Shown: positions 1-11,090 of the stretch, piece after piece | Layout: each line of letters opens with the position of its first letter | How positions within the stretch are numbered: the stretch's first letter is position 1 | NCBI GenBank assembly: GCA_964658305.1 | Contig: OZ210885.1 | Span: forward strand, 22,320,001 to 22,384,000 | Reading direction: 5' to 3' | DNA: 64,000 nt | Source of the DNA: Leptogorgia sarmentosa | Taxonomy: Eukaryota | Made by a program: the position numbers and the translations under genes | The notes under the pieces: model-generated | Seen by the model: only the letters and a program-made list of their open reading frames with translations | Database searches by the model: none | What the model was told of the DNA's origin: nothing

Positions 1-990
1 AAAGCCTGTTGTAGCAGTGTTGCGTTCATCAGGGATACGTATAGTTATTTACCTAGACGACATTCTGGTAATGCACCAGAGTGCAATGGAACTGGTGAAC
101 ATTTTCAACATGGTTCTCACCTTGTTGAGGAACTTGGGTTTTCTGGTGAAAATGGAGAAATGCTCATTACACCCAACCCAGGAGCTGGTATTCCTCGGAG
201 CCCTCTTAAACTCCAAGAAGATGACTATAGCTGTGCCACTGGAAAAACTCGCGCACCTTCAAAAAGAGTGTGCCAGTGTGGCCCTGAGGGACGTCTGTTC
301 CATGCACGAACTAGCGGTAATAATCGGACGGATGAACCAGATGGCGAGAATAGGCATCTCACACGCTCCGCTGCATTACCGGGCCTTGCAACGCGCATAC
401 ATCTTGTGCCTTCACAAGACGGGGCGTCACACACAGTCCAAACAAGTCCAAGTTGCCCTAAACTCCCAAGCTGTGGAAGAATTGAACTGGTGGACCTCAA
501 CGGCACCCCAGGAACACAACGGTGTAGCTCTATGCCCCCCACCAATCGATCTGACCATAACAACCGATGCTTCCACCATAGTATCTTCCGGAGGATCACA
601 GCTCGGTATTACAAACCAGAAGTGGATCTGTTTGCATCCCGTCTGAATTACCAGCTTCCGAGGTGTGTAGCACGTTATCCCGATCCTGGGGCTATAGCAA
701 CCGATGCTTTCTTGCTGGATTGGAGTCGTTGGACAACCTTCATTCACCCACCGATAGTACTGATCCCACACATTCTCCGTCAGTTGAAGCAAGCCAAGGC
801 AACAAGCTTACTGATGGCTCCACATTGGCCAGGTCAACCTTGGTTCCCAGATCTGATGGAAATGTTGATAGATAACCCAGCCTGTCCACCAGTGAACCCA
901 TCCACAGGCTACCTTCCATTTGCTCCGAAGGAAGTGCATCCACTATGGAGAACCCTCCATCTGGTGGTGTGGCCAATTTCAGGACAAAAT
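1..990 (+). mobile_element. DIRS1-type tyrosine-recombinase retrotransposon fragment (RT, start of RNase H, N6-adenine methyltransferase-like domain)
   Basis: ORF 17-646 has IYLDD and QELVFLG (RT), then ITTDAS (RNase H start). After an apparent deletion near 575, another frame reads EVDLFASRLNYQLP..PDPGAIATDAF..W..FIHPP..APHWPGQPWFPDL, the DIRS1 MT-like domain. Runs off the window start. Confidence 0.8.
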
Positions 991-1847
991 TTTCAAGACA
1001 AAAACGAGATAGCTTGTTTTGTTTTGTCGTCGTCTGAGCCTGTTCAGCACGCAAGACAGACCAAAATATCAGAGAACCCAAAGCCATCAGACGATTTCGA
1101 AGATGAATTTTCTGTTGCACAAATGCTTGTTTCCCTGGCTAACAGTGTCCACATTGAACATCAGGATATTAAGGATATAAACATGGCACCTGAAGTACTG
1201 AACCAACCAGTAAGAGTTATCCCACATGCAAACAGACAAAAGAAAGTTCAACACAGCTCTATATATTAATTCCCTCACTAATTCCCGACGAAGGCCCTCC
1301 GTTTGAAACATCTAATCTGTTTTATCGTTTAGGTAGTGAGATTATGCTTCCTGGTCTTGTTCGTTATCCTGAAGTGCTACCTACGCTGGCCCCGTGTGCT
1401 ATTTATTATTATACCTTTTTATGGTTCGTACAGTGTCATAGACATGTGTTGAATTGTACCTCTTCTTCTATTTTTAATAGACTTATACAGGGTGTATAAA
1501 AAAAATAGTAACACAAATGTGGCACGCCATATCTCAAATCATCAATGGATTTCATCGAGTTTGACATAATTCGAAAGTTCAATTGTTCCTCTTTTACATG
1601 ACATGTTTTATGGGGCATTTAGTCTAGAAACCAGCAAGCAGTACATCGGTAAACGTTTTAAGTGAAAATTGCATATTTCCACCAATGGGAATAAACAAGA
1701 CAATGGATATGGATTTTTAATCAACAATTCACTTTTGTCACTTGCTGAATATGAAAACTTGCACTAATTTGAATATTTGAATTGCAATGATAATTGCCAG
1801 ATGATTAAGATGTTTAAACCTCTTGGGACTAAATTTCAAAAGAATCG

Positions 1848-2204
1848 GTGGAAATCCCATCGGTGGAAATATGCAATATTCACTTTGTTTCCAATGTGTT
1901 TTCTGGATCCATTAGTGACAAAGAAATAGTACAGAAATCTGGCATTCTCAAGTTGTTGGGAAAAGGTGATGTTGTCATGGCTGATAAAGGCTTCAACATT
2001 CAAGACCTTCTAGCAATCTATGGAGTTTGTCTTTCAGCCCCACCAATTGTGAGAAAGAATAATGTGTCAGCTTCTGCTTCCACTCTGACCAGAAGAATAG
2101 CTAACAAACAAATACACATTGAGCATATGATTTGCAAGCTGAAGGGTTTTAAACTCTTGGGCAGATGCATCTCTCTTACATATAAAGGATTATCGGTTCC
2201 ATAG
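1848..2204 (+). pseudogene. Harbinger/ISL2EU-like DDE transposase C-terminal fragment
   Basis: GSISDKEIVQKSG..GDVVMADKGFNI..PP..TRRIAN.QIHIEHMI..LKGF matches the DDE_Tnp_4 pattern; N-terminus missing. Confidence 0.7.
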
Positions 2205-2674
2205 TGAAAGTGAATGATAAGTTAAATCAGCTGTACGGACATCTGGCAAAATGTCACTTTCAAAAAAGCATAGTAGCCCAGTATCTTTTAGCCTTTGCCC
2301 TTAAATGCTACCAATAAATAAAATTATGTAAACCAACTGAAAGGATGTGCTGTTCAGTAATCAATTCAGTACATATTAATGGCAACATAAAAAATCACCT
2401 GCATATAATTGGTATTATTATACATTGTAGATGGTAAAAGCAATCTGATTGGCTAAGAGCATACAGTTAAATCACACAATCATGCAACCCACAGGAAATC
2501 CAGTTATCTGCTAGCAGGTAACTGAGTTATGTGCTAGCAGATAACTAATTAGGTACAAAATGAGCCTGTTTTCAGTATGGTTTCATAAATAAAGTTTTTC
2601 ATGCGTTAATACTTAGTTTATTATTCTTCAAATGTATAATAATTAACAATTATTGAATAAAAAAATAATAAAAT

Positions 2675-3645
2675 AATAAACAATTATTGAATGAGGTCAA
2701 GTAGGATATGAGGAATTATTAAGGCCGAGGTTTATGTTATAGGCTGAGGTAAATAACTCAAACCGAGGCCTTAATAATTCAGCATATCCTACGAGAACCG
2801 AATTCAATACTTGTTTTATTATTTATTTGTATTGTTATCAGACTTAGGGTAAAGGCATTGTACACAAGAACCTTCTTTGAGAAAGCCATTTGTATTTTTC
2901 AGCTTTTGGCATAAGCAGCACAAATTAGTCGACGTCATAATGTCATATAATTTTCAATATACGACATAATTACGTCATAATGTCGTATATGAGGATTTAT
3001 TGCACTGCTCTTAACCAATCAAAACTCTTGAATTATTTGAAATAAATAATAATAAACAATTATTGGATGAGGCTGAGCATGATATCAAGAATTATTCAGA
3101 CCGAGGTCAATGTTATCTGCCGAAGCGAAGCTGAGGCGGATAACATTGACCGAGGTCTGAATAATTCTTGATATCATGCGAAAGCCGAATCCAATAATTG
3201 TTTTATTATACATTTAAAAGAGAGTTCACTTTCATTCAGCGAAGCAAATCTGCTGCAGGCCATTGTTTGTTTGTTTGTTTTTTCGCGCGCTTTTAGCTTC
3301 AAGCTTTTGACAGCGCAAGGGCTTGGGCACGAGAGAGTCCAATAATTATTTTTTTGGATGCAAGTTCGATCCAAAAAAATAATTATTGGACGCTGATGAC
3401 ATCATCGGCGGAAAATACGTAATAAATACCAAATACTGAGAATTAGCCGGTGCTTTCTGACCAATCAGGAACAAGAATAAATTTTAAATGTATAATAATA
3501 ACAATTATTGGATGAGGTTTTTGTGATATGCAGAATTATCAAGGTCGAGCTAAGCGTTATCAGCCGAGCCGAAGGCAAGGCTGATAACGCTTACCGAGAC
3601 CTTGATAATTTTGCATATCACAAAAACCTCATCCAATAATTGTTA
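2675..3645. repeat. Cluster of three related ~150-bp palindromic (hairpin) MITE-like repeats
   Basis: Hairpins at ~2675-2820, ~3051-3207 and ~3498-3645 share AAACAATTATTG(A/G)ATGAGG arms; the latter two have GCCGA/CGAAG-rich centres. An extra small hairpin lies at 3338-3391. Confidence 0.85.
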
Positions 3646-5044
3646 ATAATGACATATTCACTGCAGAGGTGGTTAATTTAAAAAACTGTTTTGCAACATG
3701 AAATCTTTGCTTTCTAAAAACAATGAAATATTGTCCTTTCTGTAAAGAAATACAATGCCAAAGTTTTCAGCCATTTAAGTTAAGTACTGGTATACACTAG
3801 CTGCAAGTAAAATTATACTAAATAGTTCCTGCCCTGTGGAAAGTGAGGTGGATAGAAATAGGTGCTTGCATAAATTTGCTATATCTTAATTTTTTAATTA
3901 ATTTACTGCACCTATTTGAGGTTGGACCTTGGAATCTATCCTGCTCTCCACATAATATAGAGTAAAACAGGGGGTCAATGATTGGAAATTGGCAACTCAG
4001 CTCTTCACAAATTTAAACAACATAAAAAGAGTTGTGCACTCAATAATTTGAATTGACATTAAAATGCTAATATATTATGTATTATTTGTTACAAGGCTAA
4101 CTGTACTTACCCGAACAATACTTTCACAATGTTGTCATTGATAAGCATCTTCTTGTCAAGCGTATTGATATCATGCATACTTAAATCTACACCATGGATA
4201 GAAAAGTGTGTTCTTTGTGAATCAACACCTGTGTCATCTAGAATACAAAAGGGGAAAAAATAGAGTTTGTATTGTTATATATAATACATCATATAAATGT
4301 ATTATGTCTGTATTTTTTTTGTAAATACAAATAATACCTACTTGAAATGGTACTCACTGAAGTTGTACAATTGCTTGCATTGGGGGATTTATCTACATCA
4401 CATATTTCTCTTTCAAGCATCTGAATCATGGATGATGAATGATGCAATTAGTCAATACTAGATACTGTGCAGTCAGATGACTGAGATGACTGTATTTTAT
4501 GTAATCAAAGTTGGCAAAAAAAATTCGAGGTGGAGAGGATGTGTGTAATTTTTAACCGAAAGGAAGCGGATAAGAGAAACATAAAACCGGAAGCCAGCTT
4601 TTATATCCTGGGGATAATACGCCGTAGGTAGACTAGACTGTGTTTGTTGTGTACACTTTTGTTTTTACCACTTCACAGGATCACATGTTTGTCAATGTCA
4701 TGTCGGTGGCTGGACATTTTGCCGAAAGACATTTTGCCGAAAGACATTTTGCCGAACGGACGGTTTGCCGACGGACATTTTGTCGAACGGACAATTTGAC
4801 GAACGGACCATTTGACGAACAGACTTTTCGCCGAAAAGACAACTTGCCGAAAATAGTGGAATGTTTGGGACTGTAACTTATTTCGTCCAAATGTTTAGGG
4901 TTGTGACTCATTATTCTGTCAACTATTGTGTAAAATAACCATTATATGGTTCATCATTAACATCCATTTAACATCATTCATGAACGTCAAGGTAAAAATT
5001 TATTATGTACATTATTTATTACAAAAGGCATGCTAGTAACTGTT

Positions 5045-6580
5045 TTACAAATTGTGCGCAATAGCTTGACAGTACGCTATCATGTTCTCGTAGGTGTCAA
5101 TTTTACCAACAATATTTTTCAATCGTTCATTAATCACCTGGTATTTCTTCTTTAGTGGCGGCTGAGGAATTCGGGCCAGCACTTGCTCTAGGAGAAGTTC
5201 GTTGCTGGCTTGTTCTTTCACTAGCTTGGCGGCCAATCGACGGATCGTTGGGTGGGTGATCGCAACACAAAGATCAAACGAATGATGCCATCCTTCGATG
5301 GAATTGTTTGTTCGCGGAAGATCTTGCTCAACGCGACCATGTACATTCCACAGAGGGACGGAGAATAGAGGACGGCGTCGACGACCACGTTGAACCACAC
5401 CGATCCAAGTGGCCTCAAAATAGGACAGAAAATCTGACAGAAGTTCATCTGTTTCATCATCAAGAGATTCCATTAATTGTTGGAAAGCTTCTGTTACACG
5501 ATTTGGTGGTATAAACGCAAGAGCTTGAAAAGACTTGATAATCAATGCATTATTCGCGTCGTCTCTGTACCATCCCTGCAGTCCTAGCCTCTGTAAATTT
5601 CTCCACAGGCACTGGCCAAAATGAAATAGGCATCCTTGGATTTCAGCTTCGGGAAAATGGTGTTGCAATGTTTGTATCGCCGCCATCTTGAAATCGATCA
5701 TCACTGTCAGCGGAGAGAGATTGGGTCAACGATCTTTAAGAAACTGTAAGATGCGATTGTAGCTATTTCGGTCTTTCCTTTTCGTGATGCAGTATACGAC
5801 GGGCACAGTTCTGGATCCATCGGCGATCATGTGTAAAGTGGACAGCTGGTATCCATTCGGCACGCTATCGAAAGTTCCGTCGCAGAACCAATGTCTTTGG
5901 CGTACAAGAACGTCCAAGTTCTTATCATTTGCGAAGACGTAAATATCTAGGTTGTCATTGTGGAGTGCCAGGAACTCTTCCCCACATGTAGTTTGGCAAA
6001 TGTCGTCAGGAATATCATCACCATCTGGGGCTTTTCGCTTTCTTCTAATCATTCTTGCCAGGGTTTCTCTTTGGGGAAGACTGCCTGCAGCGGCAAGTGG
6101 AAAATCTTGGGTGCAGTTCTGCATGATGTTGCTGGTGGATTCGTCAGAGTTCTCTGCACGACGTTTCATTGCTGATACTGCACGTTGTACAGCCATGCGA
6201 GATGGATCTGGAGGATGCGAATGCTCTGACGGTTCCTGCCATAATGTGTCTGAGATAATAACTATTGGTTATATGAAGGACTTCGGCATGACTTATGAGC
6301 CAGCAATTATGTAGCATATATAAGTCAGTGACTGTCCGCCATTTTGTTTATTTTTCTTTTGAGTTTATACCGTAAGGTTTTAAGTTGAATAAAGCCTAAT
6401 TTTATTTAGTTTTATAATTATGGTTTTGACAGTGTCTACGAGAGTCGAGAGTCTACCAGAGCATTCCTTGCGACGTTCGCATCCCCAATAAGATGTTTCC
6501 TCTTTCTTCTTATCCAAAATATAAACAAAACCTTCATAAATCAATTTGCGATTTCCCCGAGAACTTTGAATATATTCCAT
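5045..6580 (-). pseudogene. FLYWCH-MULE transposase (disrupted)
   Basis: FLYWCH in ORF 6380-6580 (SSRGNRKLIYEGFVY..YWGC..C.GR), WFCDGTF in 5726-6196, and GCLFHFGQ..LPRTNNSIEGWH in 5045-5704. Broken by a solo LTR and an in-frame stop at 5726. Confidence 0.92.
6251..6431 (+). mobile_element. Solo LTR (181 bp) inserted in the MULE transposase
   Basis: TG...CA ends; 5-bp TSD gtgtc at 6246-6250 and 6432-6436; TATATAA ~6317 and AATAAA ~6388. Removal restores GRLSTLVDTLWQEPSEHSHPP. Confidence 0.85.
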
Positions 6581-6915
6581 GATTCTCGAAGTGAAATTTG
6601 CTTACGTTGTGGTCTTCCTCAGTCCAATTGTCCACGTATGTGGACAAAAAATGGGTATTTGCTGCCGAGCCTCAGCGAGGCAGCACACTATTCTTGACAG
6701 TCCCAGTCTCCTGACCGCGTGCCGAGTTTAGTAGTCTTGAATCTCGATTTTTTCTCTGTTTGTATGTCAGCAATTCAGGGGGGTTACGAAAATTAGTCAT
6801 GCTTGCCGGGCGGGGTTTTTATGCGCATTAAGATGCGTAATGCACATGCGTTTCTTTTTCTAAATTTTTATACTGGAATTAAAAAGCATATTGAAGCTGA
6901 AACAATCTACATATT

Positions 6916-7503
6916 ATGGCAATTTTTATCCGAGGCGATGAATGTTTTAATGTTAAATCTAGAGGTAAGCAGTGTGCCTTTAATAGTTTATTGGGACTAA
7001 TAACAGCCCATAAAAAACCTTTGACTCAATGGTCGCCAACGACATTAAATAATATTTTGGTACAAGGCGACAAAATGTATTTAAAAGTGATGAATAATCA
7101 TTTGATTGACTTGCCACCCGGTGTCGTGCATTTGTCTGTGAAAGACCTACCAAAGCTTGTTATTGTGTCATGTTTTGAAAATGAGTTCAATTTTGATATT
7201 TGTTGTCAATCTGTAGAAAATCCTGATTTGCATATTGAGGCACAGAGCATTTTTGAACCGCCCCTTGGGGTGAGTAATGTTGAACCGCCCATTGTGGTGA
7301 GTAATGTTGAACCGCCCATTGTGGTGAGTAATGTTGAACCGCCCCTTGGGGTGAGTAATGTTGAACCTGCTGACTTGACAAATAATCTCCTTGGTGTCTT
7401 AAATGAAAGATCAAATCTTTCATTTCAGGTTGGAATTTTCCGGTTTGTGTGTCGCGGTAGCACTTTTCTTGCGATAGCAACTCCTAAATTATTATACTTT
7501 TAA
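6916..7503 (+). pseudogene. Herpesvirus tegument deubiquitinase-like (peptidase C76) N-terminal fragment
   Basis: RGDECFNVKSRGKQCAFNSL..W...TLNNILVQGDKMY resembles the UL36/BPLF1 catalytic GxQC motif; truncated, and the His/Asp half is not evident. Confidence 0.6.
7255..7367 (+). repeat. 27-bp minisatellite (~4 copies) encoding EPP(L/I)(G/V)VSNV
   Basis: gaaccgccc(c/a)ttg(g/t)ggtgagtaatgtt repeated in frame. Confidence 0.92.
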
Positions 7504-8112
7504 ACATAAAAACGGTAATTCAAGACATCTTCATAAAGTATGTTCTGTGAATATTAGTAGTGAGGTAGATTAGTAGTTAAGTAGAAGTTGTATTGGTAAA
7601 TAATTAATAAAAAATAATATATTATACAAATTAAATGTACTCCACTCTCCAGTGCAATAAATAAAGTATAGCTCAGTGGCGAACAGTGGGCGCTGGCTCG
7701 AGGAATCGTTGACGCAAGTTATATAATTCCTTTTCGAATTTTTTTAAAAGGGTACACTGTTCTCGATTGCAAGTAAGTAAATCCGTTCTTTTTTATTGCA
7801 ATCGATACAATATAAAGCATCCTTTTTTATCAGAAGTGCTAACTAAGGCGATCTATGTATATGATGTATTTTTTTGGTGAAAACAGCACTTATTTCTAAG
7901 TAAAAAAGTCTAAAATATTGACCGCAAATTTTGCATGTTCAACTGCATGTGTTTGATTCAAATATAATTTTATATTCGTGCGTGATCGGATGTGAATTTT
8001 TTATGACATCCTGTTTTAAAAATTATAAAACTACTTGACGATTGTAACTGCTTCTTTGTATTTGAAGTGAGATGTGTTTATTTTCTTGTTTATTTAGCTT
8101 TGTTTAGAAGTG

Positions 8113-9283
8113 ATGGATCCCTCGCAACAGTGTAAGCAAATGATATATTACATTCAAATTTATTAAAAAAGAAAATACATGTGGCTGATAATAGTTGATT
8201 TACTTGTATTAAACAATATGTTTTATTATAGCTACAGACTCAAATGATCTTAAATGCTATGTTCACACCGTGTCACCTATAAAAGTCTCTGCATCTGGGA
8301 AATGCAAGTATTTCAACATGACGTTGCAAACTAGTGAAGGCGCTAAAACTGCAGTGTGCTTTTCCCCAGAAAAACGGACAATTTTGGAAAAGCATGAAGC
8401 AGACAAGAGTCCTGTTAAAATATCCAACTTCAAATTTAGTTCCAACTATAGCAAGGAAAATGTTGTTATTGATCGAGCTTCAAAAATAACCTCAGTTGGT
8501 AATGATGTTGGTTTTAACTATGTGGAGATGACACCCCCATCTGTTACTTCATTACTGTCATTAAACCAAGTTTCCTCAGAGCAGCTGGTTACACTGAAAG
8601 CAAAAGTTGCTAAAATTAGTGGCAGTAAGAAACTAACAACTGCAAGAAACCCGAATTCTCAATTGGTCAAACAAGAATTGGTGATTGCTGACCCAACTGC
8701 ATCAGTCAAGGTCATTTTGTGGGAGCAGTTCGTAGATAGTCTCAAGGAGAATCAAACATATGTGTTCAAAAATCTACGACTGAAGCGTGAAAATAATGGG
8801 TCTATGTATCTGAATACACCGAAAAGCGACCAGTTCTCTTTTGAAGAATGTGAAGAATTTGCAACATCTGTTGTTGAAGATATACAATTGTTTTCATCTA
8901 TTGAAGTTTCTGCAAGCATTATTGGAGTGGAGTCGATTTCTACTTATCAAGCATGCCTGAAATGTGCAAAGAAAGCTGTTCCAAAGCGTGGTAAAGTTCT
9001 GGAGTGTGAATCATGCCACATGATTCAAAAGGTTTCCCCTGAAAACAAACGATGGTTTTTACGATGTCTGTTTGCCGATTTAAAAAACGAAGGGGAAACT
9101 ATCAGTTTGGCTATTTGCAATGAGAATGTCAAAGCCATGGTAGATCTCGTTCCACAACCAATTTGTCTGGCTGACGTTGCTCCAGATGACTTGAGTGATG
9201 CACTTCTGTCAATACCTGATGTCAAAATAACTTATGACTCAGTGGCAAAAAAGTTGATTCATATTGCTGAAATTAGCATTTAA
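8113..9283 (+). CDS. RPA70-like OB-fold ssDNA-binding protein with C4 zinc ribbon (Helentron cargo, spliced)
   Basis: Exon 8113-8131, GT-AG intron 8132-8231 and exon 8232-9283 give MDPSQQSTDSNDLKCYVHTVSPIK in frame. OB-fold motifs (IADPTASVKVILWE) and YQACLKC..CESC. Confidence 0.78.
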
Positions 9284-10560
9284 ATTGAAAGTGCATTTGA
9301 CATTTTCTAATACCTATGATGTTGACATTTCCTGTTATTTAGATGTTCTTGTTTTGTTCTCTTATACTGTATATTCAAGGAACAGAGAACTTTGGGTCAT
9401 GTACCCCATTATGATATTAACATTTTTAACTATTGTGAAAAATAACTATTATGTTGTTTGATATTTGTTATTTAATTAAATTTCAAAGTGATTTTGCATG
9501 ATATCTGTTTTACTCTAACATTATTATGTGAGGAATGAAAAGTTTGCAACTGTGTATTTTTCTTCTATTGTGTATTTAGGAAATATAAAACATTTTCTTT
9601 CTTGACATACAGTTATATCAACACAAGTGGCAATTGATAACTGTATATTGACATGGAAAATGTTTTATATTTTTTATAACATAGCTGGCACATTTTCGTG
9701 AATATGTGTTTGAATTTAGAGCGGTGGGAAATTTTCCGTGTTGACATAGAGTTATATCAACACAGCTCTTAGCCAATCAACATTCAGGATTTACAAATGC
9801 TGTATTAGTATATAGGTCAATTTGTTTCGAGTGCAGTTTGGGAAAAACATGCACGAGTGAGTTTTTCAAAAACGTTCAAAATTGCACAAGTCCGTATTAA
9901 GATCAATTATTAAAATGATTTTGCATGATTTCTGTTTCGCTCTCTAAATTCTGTTATTTTCTCGTTAAATCTGTCAACCGAGGCAGCAATTTACTTGTGG
10001 TAGTAACTCCTAGTTTTAAATGTCAAATATTTCATCTCAATCGAAAAGTGTTGTTCAATTTCCCGATGTCCTCACTTGAAGACATAACGAGCCTGCCATG
10101 CATAGAGGTTAAACCTAAGTACTTCATGATACTACATTTTAAATCGTCTTCAAAGATGGCCTCCAGCAGTGGTGGAAGGAAAAGTCAACAATCAAAAGGT
10201 AATTGAAAAATTCACATAGTATTTGATTTTTCTGTAACCTAACAAGTATGCGGTTTTAAACATAAGATAGGATAGATTCATTGTGAGCAATTATTTTTGT
10301 GCAGTCAGTTTTTTGGACAATGATTTTAGCCTTCGAAAGTGCTTGTCCTCAAACGTGGACAGTGGGTCTCAATGTAGGAAGTTGGAAGTCCACATGTGGG
10401 GACAATGGGTCTTAATTCAGTTCACTAGATTTACACGTGGATCGAATTATTGCTTTAGTTTTTTGTTTGAATGGCCCAAAAGTAATTATTCTCTCTTTAA
10501 AACTCATACCTCATTGGTTATCTTTATCATTCAGGGGAATATTTTAATACATCTGAAGTT

Positions 10561-11090
10561 TTGGAGCTTCTAGATAATTCTGACATTGAACTATCGGATG
10601 CAGATGATGATGTAGACGATGAGAGTGATTATTCACCAGAGAATGAAGCAGGTGATAGTGAGGAGAGTGGTGAAGTACCTAGTAGCACTGACAACTGTTC
10701 CAGTGAAGATGAAGCGAGTCAACCTGTGACTTTGAGCAGTGGCAATGCCCAACGAGGACGGCCAAAGGGTAGACGGGGTGGTAGACGTGGTGGTGGACGT
10801 AGTGGAACTCAAACAAAGAAAAAAGAACTCACATGGAAAAGATGTGCATCATTTTCCCCAAATTTAAATAATGGCGACAATAGTCAGCAAGAAGCTCAAG
10901 TCAACAATGGAAGAAACTGGAAACCAATTGACTATTTTAACCAGTACATAAATGCTGAAATTTATGAAATGATTGCTCAAGCCACAAACCAGACTGCCGT
11001 TGCACAGACTGGCCGTTCCCTCAATACATCAGCTGCAGAAATTAGAACATTTTCATGATGGGTACCATGAAGTACCCAAGAATTAGGAAA
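10561..11090 (+). pseudogene. piggyBac transposase N-terminal fragment
   Basis: Acidic N-terminus, then WKPIDYFNQYI..EMIAQATNQTA..LNTSAAEIRTF..MGTMKYPRIR (DDE_Tnp_1_7-like start); catalytic core deleted. Confidence 0.78.

Larger units (their letters stand above)
6658..10015 (+). mobile_element. Non-autonomous Helentron (Helitron2-type) nested in the piggyBac
   Basis: 5' subTIR/hairpin ttgctgcc..ggcagca (6659-6685); 3' subTIR ggcagcaa (9982-9989) followed by hairpin ttact-tgtggt-agtaa and ctag; T-run flanks; no Rep/helicase. Confidence 0.75.

Noticed and set aside
3800..4500. Possible minus-strand exons (CTTAC ~4106, CTAG ~4238)
   Set aside because: No coherent ORF or recognisable product.
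4712..4850. 15-bp periodic repeats resembling a CRISPR array; ORFs 4640-4876 and 11644-11874
   Set aside because: There are no unique spacers; these are tandem subrepeats of the MULE TIRs, mirrored at 11705-11850.
9575..9900. Partial palindromic repeat fragments inside the Helentron
   Set aside because: Fragmentary, with no definable ends.
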